A stretch of DNA of 64,000 nucleotides from Promethearchaeota archaeon. Lineage in GTDB: Archaea > Asgardarchaeota > Thorarchaeia > Thorarchaeales > Thorarchaeaceae. Where the stretch lies: contig WJMJ01000034.1 of the NCBI GenBank assembly GCA_014728035.1, forward strand, positions 1 to 64,000, in the 5' to 3' direction. Position numbers and translations under genes: made by a program. Below the pieces are notes generated by a model. The model did no database searches. It worked only from the letters and a program-made list of their open reading frames with translations, and was not told the origin of the DNA. Below, in pieces: positions 47,443-57,461 of this stretch (the stretch's first letter is position 1; the number at the start of each line of letters is the position of its first letter).

Positions 47443-48482
47443 CAGAAATAGAAGATTGTGCAGTTGAAACAGACGAATCATTCATCAGTATACGGAAGGT
47501 CGTATTGTTTGTTCTTATTGGGATTATTCTGTATTTGGCAATTACTTTGATTTCCAATGTTGAAGATATTGTCAATGCACTGGTAGAGATTCAATGGTGG
47601 TGGGTATTGCCAACAATGATGCTCTTGTCATTTGGAAACTATTTGTTTAGGTATGTCAAGTGGCAATATTACCTTCAGAAGATTGATGTCAATCTTTGCC
47701 ATAAGGATAGTTTCACAATATTCCTTGCAGGATTTACACTTACAACAACACCCGGAAAGATAGGAGAAGCTATCAAGGGTGTGTTCTGTAATGAAGTAGA
47801 TGGAGCTCCAGTAGCAAAAACAGTACCAGTAGTGGTATCAGAGAGAGTAACAGATCTTCTAGCAATGGTTCTGTTAGCTATGATTGGTTTTGTGATAGGA
47901 GTCAATACTGAAAATCAATTATTACAAGTTCTAATGCTTGGTGGTCTAGTCTTGGTTGGTGCAATTATTCTTGGACGCCCATCATTCTACAATAAGATTG
48001 TCAAAAAGATGACGACGATAGGTCCATTGAAACGGTTTCAGGATAGTTGTGATCTAATTGAAGATACAATGACAAAGACCTTAGCTCCAAAACCGATGAT
48101 ACTCTCCACACTTGTTAGTGTGCCAGGATGGTTCATGGAATGCCTTGAGCTTTGGTTGCTGCTTAGCTTGCTAAGTGGAGCTGGTCTACCTTCACTTACT
48201 GCTCCATCACTGATTCTATTGTTGGAAGCAACATTCATTCACTCCACTGCATCAATCATAGGCGCAATATCTTTCACTCCAGGGGGATTGGTTGGTTACG
48301 AAGCTGTTTCAATCTTCTTGATAACAACATTGCTTGGCTTTCCATTAGCAGATGCAAGTGTAGCAACTATTCTGATTCGATTCGTAACGCTTTGGTTCAG
48401 CGTCATTGTCGGATTCATCGCCTTAGGAGTTCTCACAAAGATGAATAGAAATAGGGAACAAGATGCAATCCATCAAGCTTAA
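47439..48482 (+). CDS. Lysylphosphatidylglycerol-synthase TM / UPF0104 flippase-like membrane protein
   Basis: RY.KW..YL, TTPGKIGE..K, SERVTDL, TPGGL...E, RFVTLW; ATG overlaps the PHP stop (ATGA). Confidence 0.85.
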   Translation: MTEIEDCAVETDESFISIRKVVLFVLIGIILYLAITLISNVEDIVNALVEIQWWWVLPTMMLLSFGNYLFRYVKWQYYLQKIDVNLCHKDSFTIFLAGFTLTTTPGKIGEAIKGVFCNEVDGAPVAKTVPVVVSERVTDLLAMVLLAMIGFVIGVNTENQLLQVLMLGGLVLVGAIILGRPSFYNKIVKKMTTIGPLKRFQDSCDLIEDTMTKTLAPKPMILSTLVSVPGWFMECLELWLLLSLLSGAGLPSLTAPSLILLLEATFIHSTASIIGAISFTPGGLVGYEAVSIFLITTLLGFPLADASVATILIRFVTLWFSVIVGFIALGVLTKMNRNREQDAIHQA

Positions 48483-48517
48483 AACAAATTGAAAATGTAC
48501 TCGCCTTGGCGAGTGTA

Positions 48518-49531
48518 ATGACCAATACGCTAGAGAAGGCAATTGCTAATGCAGAGGAAGTTGTGACTACTGAAGAAGTTGAAGAGGCAATTGAAAAGCC
48601 CTCCTTCAATTTCTATTATGGTACTGCTCCAACAGGCCCTTTTCATTTTGCATATTTAATCCCACTAAACAAGCTTGTTGAATTATCAGAGTTGGGAGGA
48701 AAGGGTACGATTCTCTTGGCAGATTATCATGCACACCTTGACGACCAAAAGACATCTTTTGAACTCATGGAACTTCGCTCTAAATACTATGAGGAATGTA
48801 TTCGTGGAGTGATGGGAAAACATGCAAATAATTTTGAATTCCTGCGTGGTTCATCCTATCAACACAAAAGAGATTATGTTGAAGACCTATACAAAATTGC
48901 AGCACGGGTAACTACAAATCGAGCTAAACGTGCATCAAGTGAAGTGGTAAGACAGAGAGGAGAAGCAAAGGTTTCTGAATTGTTGTATCCCCTACTTCAG
49001 ATTCTTGATGTAAAATATCTCCGAGCGGATGTTACAGTTAGTGGAATCGACCAGAGAAACATCTACATGCTTGGCAGGGAAATCCTCGAAAGTGTCGACT
49101 ATAAGAAAGGATCCTACATATTCATGCCACTACTCCCCTCCCTCAAAGGAGATGGTGCAAAGATGTCTGCTAGCGATCCGCTCTCTCACATCCGTGTTAC
49201 TGATAGTCCAGCAAGTATTAAGAAAACTATCAAGAAAGCATATTGTCCAGCTGGAAACCTCGAACAGAATCCTATCACATCAACAATGCGATTCATTGTA
49301 TTCCCACGTTACAATGAAATATTAATTAAAAGAAAAGAGAAATTCGGTGGAGATGTTGAATTCAAAAGCATAGATGAATTCGAGAAAGCTTTTGTAGAGG
49401 GAGATATTCACCCAATGGATGCAAAGAATGCTGTAACTGAATATCTAATCGATCTCCTAGAACCTGCAAGAAAGTATTTTGAAAAGAATCAAAATATTCT
49501 TGTTGAGATAGAAAAGACCTTTGAAAAATAG
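48518..49531 (+). CDS. tyrS: Tyrosyl-tRNA synthetase (archaeal/eukaryotic type)
   Basis: YYGTAPTGPFHFAY (HIGH), LLADYHAHLD, YPLLQILD, GIDQR, KMSAS, AYCPAG, EKFGG, HPMDAK. Confidence 0.95.
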   Translation: MTNTLEKAIANAEEVVTTEEVEEAIEKPSFNFYYGTAPTGPFHFAYLIPLNKLVELSELGGKGTILLADYHAHLDDQKTSFELMELRSKYYEECIRGVMGKHANNFEFLRGSSYQHKRDYVEDLYKIAARVTTNRAKRASSEVVRQRGEAKVSELLYPLLQILDVKYLRADVTVSGIDQRNIYMLGREILESVDYKKGSYIFMPLLPSLKGDGAKMSASDPLSHIRVTDSPASIKKTIKKAYCPAGNLEQNPITSTMRFIVFPRYNEILIKRKEKFGGDVEFKSIDEFEKAFVEGDIHPMDAKNAVTEYLIDLLEPARKYFEKNQNILVEIEKTFEK

Positions 49532-49538
49532 AGGTAGT

Positions 49539-49560
49539 GAGCGACTGGTACGAGTCGCTC
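49539..49560. terminator. Stem-loop between convergent tyrS and the giant surface-protein gene
   Basis: GAGCGACT-GGTACG-AGTCGCTC, an 8-bp perfect stem in a 40-bp gap. Confidence 0.6.
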
Positions 49561-49571
49561 TATTCCCATGT

Positions 49572-52500
49572 TTAGCTATCAATTCCAAGACTCTTCAGGA
49601 GAGCTTCCATATCTGCTTTTGAGAGGTCATGTGCTTGCTCTAGAATGATTTCAATTTCTTCCTTCGCAATACCTTTCTGCATTAGCTTCTTTCGGAACTC
49701 TTCCAGAACTTCTGGTTGTTCACCAAGTGTCTTGGGGCCCACTGAAGGTGTGGTTTTTGATTCAGGAGTAACAGGGGTCTCTACTTCAGGTTTAGCTTCA
49801 ACCTTTTCGGGTTTAGTTGTTTCCGTAACATCAACCTCAGGCGACTCAGATATCTCAGCTTCAACAACAGGTTTAGTTTCAGCTTCTGCAATTGCTTCAG
49901 CACGACGAGCTTCTTCTTGTGTAATAACCTCTTTTAGGAAGCCAATCCGTTCACTGACTTTCATCCTTGCTAAATCAGACTTAAAGGCTTCAAGGTCTGA
50001 TTCTCCGAGACCTGTTATCTCAGTCAACCGGTCGAGTAATTCATTCAACTCGGGTACATCAATTTGAATTGGTGGAGAATGAACCTTATCTGGATCAGGC
50101 TCTATCTTTGTCGCTGCAAATTCTTCCCTAAGAATAGCAACAGTCAAATCCTTTCTAGACTGTGCAGGATATGGTTTAGGTACCTTACCCTTGCTTACAT
50201 TAGAAATCATACTGTTCAAAACTCTAATCATCTTGGGAACACTATAGATTCGTACATAGTATACAATACCGAGTGCGACGAATATGAAGCTTAGTCCACC
50301 AAGAACCTGAGCAGCTTGTATTAAGGCTTGAGTAGCAGATATGTCAGAAATAACCTCAATGTCAATCGTTTGAGTGACATAGTTTTCCTTTGCCATCGAA
50401 ATACGTATTGTGAACGTCCGACCAACATTGACCTGGAAATACAGAGTATAGACGCCGGGTTGAGTTTCACGAGTCCTATCAGGATAGTAGGTCACATTTC
50501 CTTCATTAAATGAAATATCAGGTATCACACCAGAAACTGGGACGTTATGATCAAGATCATAGTAACGAATCTCAATTGTGATAACGCTACCAGGAGTAGT
50601 TTGAATTCTTGTCTGAGAAGCAGTAAGATTAGTTCGAATCAAATCTACCGAGATGAATACAGTCTTGGTGGAAATTGCGTAGATTTCTGTTGGAAATGCA
50701 ACTTCTACCTGATAAGTACCTAGAATCAAATCGTCAGGAATTGCTAGTGCATACCCATTCGGGCTATTCTCAAGGGAGAACTGTCCAATACCAGTCCAAA
50801 CTGCAATACCATTTAGGTCATCAATAAGTTCGCCAGTTAGTGTGTTAGTGACGTTAAAGTAGATTGTATTAGTTTCATTGATTGGTGTTGAGAATGTATC
50901 AGGTCCATGTATTATTGCTTCAGTAGGCAAGATCGTAACAGCAAGGGCGATATTTGCTGTTTGATAATTCTCTTTTCCGATACTTACCGAAATATCATAG
51001 AATTGTGGTAGTGTCAGGTTGAGATAGAATTCTATGAGATAGCTGCCATTCTGTAAATCAGTTGCTACTGGATTGGGACCAACCCATGAAATTGACAGAG
51101 TTCCGTTCAAAATTGGTTGATTTGTATAAGTGTCATTGAAGTAAACAACAAATGATACATATTCGCCAGTATATCCGTCTTGCAATGAGCTTTGAGTTGT
51201 TAGTTCAGTGGAATGAGGACGGACTGTCAAAGTCAAGGTTCGCTTAGATACCGTATAGCCAGATTTTATTGCAGTGATACTAATGTAGAATGTTTTAGCA
51301 GATAGAAGAGAAGTGTTAATTGAGGCGGAGTAAGAACCATCAAGTTGCTGCTCAAGACTCCCTGATAATTCGCCTACACTGTAAGATATGGAAGCATTAT
51401 CAATGGAAACATCATAATGGGTATCATTGAAAGTAAATTCCAAAAATACCAATTCATTATAGAACACCGTAAGACCAGCTTGATCAGTTAGAAGTGTGAG
51501 TTTTGATGGAATAAGATCAACTGAAACTACTATTTCAGAAGAAAGAATGTCGTAATTAGTAGAACTTGCACTGAATGCTAGATTGTACTGTCCATAACCA
51601 AACCCAGTTACATTTACTGAGCCGAAATAGAACCCGATTGTGCCATTATTAGATAGTGTTACAATAGTATCGTTCCACTCAGCTGTCACTGATGCAGACT
51701 GAATAGGTTGGTCATTTGTAGAATCATAGAGATAGACATAGTAGTAACCAGTCGTGTTTGCAATTACAGAAAGCAAACTATTACTTGGTTCGATGTATCC
51801 AGTTGCTTTGGATATTACTAATGATAATGTAGTCTGCCGAGTCTGATAATATTCACGAGTTACTGTTATCTGCGGTGAATAGATTCCCCAATCCACAACG
51901 CTTGTATCAAGTATGAGAGAATAGCTTCCATCGTCTAAATCAGTGAAATAGTAAGTGGTACCATTCAACAAGAGGCTACCATTCATTCCTTTCACCAGAG
52001 TTCCACGATATGTGTCCTCCACATTGAATCGAATTTCTACAGACTGACCCCAATCAGCGTAGTAAGTTGTTTGGGCTAAGAGAATCACTACAGAACCTGA
52101 ACCAGGTTGTACGCTGATAGTAATGTTAACTGTTGCGTAATATTGCTTAGTAGCCTCTACTGTGAAGACATACTCTTGAGCTACAAGCCCAGTTGTGTTA
52201 AGTGATATTCTGTACTCACCATTATCAATCTCATTGATAGTCGCTGAAAGGCCTGTAATGTCAGTCCAATCAGTACTTAGAGTTGCACCAAGAATGGGAA
52301 CTGAATGATCGAAATCTATTAACGTCAGATTTACGAGAATTGGATCACCGACTGGAATTGTTCCAGCACCTGGTACTTCAGAAATTAATGAGGTTTGAAT
52401 AGCTCTGATCGAGGCAGGAATATCAGATTCTGTTCTGCTTGCGTAAAATGGGGTACCACTCTTACTTAACGTTAATTCAAGGAGAATGTTCCCGAGACCA

Positions 52501-55500
52501 CCGAATTGGTCGGATGGGATAGTTAAGACGTAGATTCCACCAGAGAAATTCTGAATATACCATACTGGTGTTGTGAGGTTGGTTATGACCAAATCCACAT
52601 TAGCATCATTTATTCCTGAGCTCGTTAAATAATCTATGAATTCAAATTCTATTGTGATGTTATCACCGTAAGGTGTTTCTTCAACAGAGGGGAATAGAAT
52701 TTGTGTAGGACGCTCAATAGTATTCGCTACAGTTGATATTGTTCTAACAGTATAGTATGGTATTCCAACGCTCTTATTGATGAGTAGTTTGATTGTGTGA
52801 GAGCTAACTAACTGAGAGGGATCTAGGATAGTAGAATTGAAGGTTATCTCATAGTAGCTTGCATAAGCCCAGAGTGTGTAATCAGATTGGTCAATGACTG
52901 TATCTAGTGGACCATGGGTTAATGTGATATGGCTCTGATTAATGTAGATATTCTCGCCCGTGAAAAAGTCTTCAAATCTGAATGTGAAAGATATATCTTC
53001 AAGAAATGAAGTGTCACCTGGTGTCTTGGTTAGAATTATCTGAGTTGTTCTCTCAATTACCCGTGCATTAACATTTTGTGACAATGGGAGATAGTAAGGT
53101 TGTCCTACATAACTTACCTGGAACTCAATAGTGTAGATATCTGGGCTCCCTAGAGCTGAAGTGTTTACATCAATTCTATACTGCCCATCTTCAATGTAAG
53201 TTATCCAATATGTTGTATTCTCAACTAGGGGTTCCACAGATTCACTACAATTTAGAATGACTATCGCATCCTCAATACCATTACCAGTTGAATCATCAAC
53301 ATAGGTAATCAATATTGTAGAGTTTCTTCCATATGGAGCTGAATCTGGACTTTCGTATCCTAATTGTGTGCTTCTTTTCAAAACATTGATTGTGAAATAA
53401 TGAATTGCATCAGCTGCATTGTTAGAACCTGTGTATAAGATGGTTGCATTGAGGGTATAGGTTCCATCTGAAGGAAAGCCGGTGGAATCTAAAACAACCC
53501 TGTATTCTCCATCTCCCAAGTATGATACATAATACCAACCACTCAAGGATATATTTAGAGATAAATCACCCGTCATTCCAGATGAGCTACCTGCTACCAA
53601 GTCAGTATAGACGAAATCAATAGTGACATTATTCCCCCATTGAGGAGAATTAAATGCTAAATTGCTAAGTTGTGTGGTTCTGAGTGTAATTGTAACAGTG
53701 AATGCAAGACTGGATACTGCCGCGTAATTCGGTAATCCAACCCAAGTCAGATTCAAATGGAGTGAATAAGATCCAACTCCACCAACAGTAGAAGTATCAA
53801 TATACAACGTGAAGGTTCTATCTACATCATTATAACTCAGAGTGAAAATTATCCCACCTTCATTTAGACCAATAGTTAACTCTGAAGAATTGGAAATCTT
53901 GGTTGTTGATAAAGAGTCCACATAGTTGAATGAGAATTCTGCGGTTTCACCATAAGGAGTACTCTGAACAGGAGTATAGTCAACATAGGTTGGACGTTGT
54001 AAAACAATGAGTGTAACAGTAAGACTCTGATTCTCATAGAGCGGAGATATACCTGCTCTCCACATGAAGTCCAACTTGAATCTGAATGTTCCAGTTGTGA
54101 TAAACAAAGAACTATCCAAATTGAATTCATATGTTCCCGGATTAGTTCCAGATTCTACTACATAGAAATCCGATTGAATAACCGGATGACCTGAAGTAAT
54201 AGGAGCAATTTGTAGTAACACATTATCAGTATCATTAGAGATACGTGTGCTTGTGTCAAATTCTTTGTAAACTACTGTAAAGGTGAAGTTTTCAAGACAG
54301 TAGGTAGCAGAAGGAGCTATTTCTAAGAATACAATCGTATCAGTCCCTTTAATCCGTACGGATGAATTTAGGTCACCTTCAACATATTTTACAGCGCCAT
54401 CCCACCAGATGGAAATAATGAGGTTTTTCGTGCCAATAGTTCCCCATTGATCACTTGGAATGGAGATATTGTAGTGCCCATCTCCATAATTGGAATTACT
54501 AACCCAGTATTGTATACTGGAGATACCAGGGGAGCTCACTGTTATTCGGACGTTACCAGAAATGTTGGTAATTGGTATACTAAGATCAGTATCTTCGTAG
54601 TAGACTAGAGCTGTTATGTTTTCACCAAATTGTGTTTGCTGAATTGGTGAATCAAACTTGAATAGAGTTTGATGCTGTCTAACTAGAACATCGATAGAAA
54701 ATGTGTGATTCTGATAGTTCGGTCGTTCAATAGTAAAATTAACTGTGTACCACTTCTGATCCGCACCTTGTGTGTCATCATCTTCTGTGAATATGGTAAT
54801 CTCATATTTACCTGCAGTAGCAGTTTCAGAAATAGTGTAGTTATCCTCACCCAGTGTATGATATGTATCCCAATCACATACTATGTATGAAGCTGCACCA
54901 GCTATTGGACTTCCACTATCCTCAGTCCATGTAAGGAAGAATGATTGATTAGAACCAACAGGAATTGATAGTTGATTTGCAGTATAACTAATAGAGTTGT
55001 ACACCTCTCGTACCTCAACTAGAAGGAACATCTGAACGGGATTAACAAAGTCAGCTGTTGCATTGATCAGGAGTTTGTAAGTTCCAAGAGGTACACCAGT
55101 TCCGTCAAGCTTGAAGTCATATGTGCCATCAAGGTTATCCGTTACAGAATAACTTGTAGACCAATTGCACCATAGAACTCCACTAGAAATCCCAGTTGGG
55201 ATAACAGCATCTCTTCTGAAATTAACCGTGAATGATTGATTGTTACCAATTCTATCTGATATCCCAGGATATTGGTCAGATGTAAGAGTAGCATCGTAAT
55301 TAGCATTGATTGTCAATACACCTGAAGTATCATCATAGAAAGTCCGAGACCAGTTCATAACCATAGAGTATTGTCCTTTATCAGGAAGGTCTTCGGTTTC
55401 AAATACCAAAGTGTATTCACCATTTCCACTGCCTGAAAATGAACCTGTTAGAATAACATCATTTGTTGAATTACGAATCTCATATGACATAGTTCCTTGG

Positions 55501-57461
55501 GCAATTGCTACTGAGCTATCAATATCATTTGCCTGAATTATGACGTATAGAAGGTCGCCATAAGTTACATTTGTAAGCCAAGTACCTATCGCATCACTTG
55601 GTCCAACTACTTCTAAATCAGTATTGTGCGTTATCGAGAAAGTTCTCAAGAAATACCCTGTAGAATTCCATGTACTGCTGTCTGCACGATTGTCTGTAAG
55701 CGCTCTAACTGTCCATTCTCCTGCTGTTGCATTTGCGCCTGCAAAATTGAGATAGTCAGAGATAGCGTAGCCACTTGCATCAACAGTCGCATTTACACTT
55801 CCCCAAAATACATTATCAGGGTCATAAATTGAGATATTTACTACAGAATTCTCATATTCAGATCCAACATTGATTCGGAATCTAGTATCGTCACCAGCTC
55901 GAATGTTTACAAACTGATTCCAAAGACTACTAATGGGATTTTCAAGTTCGATGTCTGTAATCATATTGGGTGATGTACTCAATATTCGCCAATATCTATA
56001 CCGTCCAACTTCATTTGTAATGTCATAAGTTGATACATTGAGATATCCATCACCATAATTGCCGCCTGAAACCCCTGTAGTTACATTATTTGTTGGATTG
56101 AGAAATGTCGCAACGTGAAATACATCACGATTGAGAGGGATGCTAATGTTGTAGAAATACCGATTAACATAACCATCGGGAATATCTGCATAGAAATATG
56201 TGGTGAAATTGGCCTGAGTTGCATTTTGAATCTGTACGAATTCACCATAAGAAGTCTGATCTATTTGATATACGGTCGGAACATCATATCTCCTACTGAA
56301 GAGGTTTGTATCAACATCGAAATCAATGATAATAGTTTCATTTGGGTCCGGATTTGTTGGTATCGGAGTCCATGAAAAGACAAGGTCTACTGGATCTGTT
56401 GACCATGGAGTAGAAGGCATTTGCGAGATAGAACCAAGTCCGCGAACAGCTCCATCGAGTACATCCAGACCGTTCATCTGAAGATTGATTTCACTGGGTG
56501 AAACCTTGGTCTTTAGATATAGATGAATATTGTCCATTCTTGCGTTAGGTCCAATCTCAGGGTCATACCCAACAGTATCTGTACACCAAAGACCAACTTG
56601 TAGAGTAATAGTATTATCAGTGAATATTGATGTGGGTACGCTAACTAGACCAGAGCTGAACCATTGTGCCTCTGCAGCTATATCACCAAATGCAAGAGCC
56701 CAAATCGAATTTGCAGGATTAGTGTCCTCAATCATTGCATAGATTGAGAAACTTCCACTTAGGTCATAAGAAACGTCATCATAAGTGTCGGCGAAGTAAT
56801 CTAAGGATAGACCAGCCCAAACAACATCTCCACGGTCAATCGTGACGGATTGCTCAGCGTATGCACGGTCTCCTGAATCATAGAAATAGGGTGCTGAACC
56901 TGATGTGGAATTCAATTCGAATTTTACACAATCATCTCCAGCTCCATGTCCATTGTCCATCCAATTGGTATAGGGAATGCTATACCCACCCCCAGCACCA
57001 TTAGTGCCTAAAGTCCAACTTGATGCATCTCCAGTAAATCCTGGATTCAAGTACCAAGTTCGATTTTCAGTAAGGTCAGATATTTCTGTTTGAACATTGT
57101 ATGACTCCCAGCCAGTTCCTGAAGGGATTTGGATGGTATCAGAAGTTGTTGTATTGTCAGGATAATAGAACATGGTTCGATCATCCCATATATCAGACCG
57201 ATTACCATATTCAGATCCTAGTAGTGGAGAAGATGTATCATTAACCTCGACCCATCCATCTTCTGTTAGCATGAATTTGTGCAGCTGCTCATCAGGCGCA
57301 ACTTCGATTGTTTCACCATTTCCGATGTCTACTAATCTAGATCCATCTGGTAAAGCTACTCCTGAATCAGAGTACAAGTCAAACGGAGTGACTGAAGACA
57401 TTTGGAATATTAGCAATATAGCAAACACCGCAACTATAATTTTCCCATGTACTTGCTTCAT
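49572..57461 (-). CDS. Giant (2629 aa) single-pass membrane protein with tandem Ig-like repeats and a ~225-aa cytoplasmic domain
   Basis: Signal peptide; repeated ~95-115 aa units (T..PYG...I...Y.D...I..A...G.Y....DT..L..G.Y.L...W.G.P.Y); many NxS/T sequons; TM VLGGLSFIFVALGIVYYV; charged cytoplasmic tail. Confidence 0.9.
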   Translation of the reverse strand: MKQVHGKIIVAVFAILLIFQMSSVTPFDLYSDSGVALPDGSRLVDIGNGETIEVAPDEQLHKFMLTEDGWVEVNDTSSPLLGSEYGNRSDIWDDRTMFYYPDNTTTSDTIQIPSGTGWESYNVQTEISDLTENRTWYLNPGFTGDASSWTLGTNGAGGGYSIPYTNWMDNGHGAGDDCVKFELNSTSGSAPYFYDSGDRAYAEQSVTIDRGDVVWAGLSLDYFADTYDDVSYDLSGSFSIYAMIEDTNPANSIWALAFGDIAAEAQWFSSGLVSVPTSIFTDNTITLQVGLWCTDTVGYDPEIGPNARMDNIHLYLKTKVSPSEINLQMNGLDVLDGAVRGLGSISQMPSTPWSTDPVDLVFSWTPIPTNPDPNETIIIDFDVDTNLFSRRYDVPTVYQIDQTSYGEFVQIQNATQANFTTYFYADIPDGYVNRYFYNISIPLNRDVFHVATFLNPTNNVTTGVSGGNYGDGYLNVSTYDITNEVGRYRYWRILSTSPNMITDIELENPISSLWNQFVNIRAGDDTRFRINVGSEYENSVVNISIYDPDNVFWGSVNATVDASGYAISDYLNFAGANATAGEWTVRALTDNRADSSTWNSTGYFLRTFSITHNTDLEVVGPSDAIGTWLTNVTYGDLLYVIIQANDIDSSVAIAQGTMSYEIRNSTNDVILTGSFSGSGNGEYTLVFETEDLPDKGQYSMVMNWSRTFYDDTSGVLTINANYDATLTSDQYPGISDRIGNNQSFTVNFRRDAVIPTGISSGVLWCNWSTSYSVTDNLDGTYDFKLDGTGVPLGTYKLLINATADFVNPVQMFLLVEVREVYNSISYTANQLSIPVGSNQSFFLTWTEDSGSPIAGAASYIVCDWDTYHTLGEDNYTISETATAGKYEITIFTEDDDTQGADQKWYTVNFTIERPNYQNHTFSIDVLVRQHQTLFKFDSPIQQTQFGENITALVYYEDTDLSIPITNISGNVRITVSSPGISSIQYWVSNSNYGDGHYNISIPSDQWGTIGTKNLIISIWWDGAVKYVEGDLNSSVRIKGTDTIVFLEIAPSATYCLENFTFTVVYKEFDTSTRISNDTDNVLLQIAPITSGHPVIQSDFYVVESGTNPGTYEFNLDSSLFITTGTFRFKLDFMWRAGISPLYENQSLTVTLIVLQRPTYVDYTPVQSTPYGETAEFSFNYVDSLSTTKISNSSELTIGLNEGGIIFTLSYNDVDRTFTLYIDTSTVGGVGSYSLHLNLTWVGLPNYAAVSSLAFTVTITLRTTQLSNLAFNSPQWGNNVTIDFVYTDLVAGSSSGMTGDLSLNISLSGWYYVSYLGDGEYRVVLDSTGFPSDGTYTLNATILYTGSNNAADAIHYFTINVLKRSTQLGYESPDSAPYGRNSTILITYVDDSTGNGIEDAIVILNCSESVEPLVENTTYWITYIEDGQYRIDVNTSALGSPDIYTIEFQVSYVGQPYYLPLSQNVNARVIERTTQIILTKTPGDTSFLEDISFTFRFEDFFTGENIYINQSHITLTHGPLDTVIDQSDYTLWAYASYYEITFNSTILDPSQLVSSHTIKLLINKSVGIPYYTVRTISTVANTIERPTQILFPSVEETPYGDNITIEFEFIDYLTSSGINDANVDLVITNLTTPVWYIQNFSGGIYVLTIPSDQFGGLGNILLELTLSKSGTPFYASRTESDIPASIRAIQTSLISEVPGAGTIPVGDPILVNLTLIDFDHSVPILGATLSTDWTDITGLSATINEIDNGEYRISLNTTGLVAQEYVFTVEATKQYYATVNITISVQPGSGSVVILLAQTTYYADWGQSVEIRFNVEDTYRGTLVKGMNGSLLLNGTTYYFTDLDDGSYSLILDTSVVDWGIYSPQITVTREYYQTRQTTLSLVISKATGYIEPSNSLLSVIANTTGYYYVYLYDSTNDQPIQSASVTAEWNDTIVTLSNNGTIGFYFGSVNVTGFGYGQYNLAFSASSTNYDILSSEIVVSVDLIPSKLTLLTDQAGLTVFYNELVFLEFTFNDTHYDVSIDNASISYSVGELSGSLEQQLDGSYSASINTSLLSAKTFYISITAIKSGYTVSKRTLTLTVRPHSTELTTQSSLQDGYTGEYVSFVVYFNDTYTNQPILNGTLSISWVGPNPVATDLQNGSYLIEFYLNLTLPQFYDISVSIGKENYQTANIALAVTILPTEAIIHGPDTFSTPINETNTIYFNVTNTLTGELIDDLNGIAVWTGIGQFSLENSPNGYALAIPDDLILGTYQVEVAFPTEIYAISTKTVFISVDLIRTNLTASQTRIQTTPGSVITIEIRYYDLDHNVPVSGVIPDISFNEGNVTYYPDRTRETQPGVYTLYFQVNVGRTFTIRISMAKENYVTQTIDIEVISDISATQALIQAAQVLGGLSFIFVALGIVYYVRIYSVPKMIRVLNSMISNVSKGKVPKPYPAQSRKDLTVAILREEFAATKIEPDPDKVHSPPIQIDVPELNELLDRLTEITGLGESDLEAFKSDLARMKVSERIGFLKEVITQEEARRAEAIAEAETKPVVEAEISESPEVDVTETTKPEKVEAKPEVETPVTPESKTTPSVGPKTLGEQPEVLEEFRKKLMQKGIAKEEIEIILEQAHDLSKADMEALLKSLGIDS

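Noticed and set aside
49645-50067. Antisense ORFs such as 49645..50067, 57519..57803, 10695..11177 and 22935..23363
   Set aside because: Shadow frames opposite well-supported genes, with Ser/Ile-rich composition typical of antisense translation.
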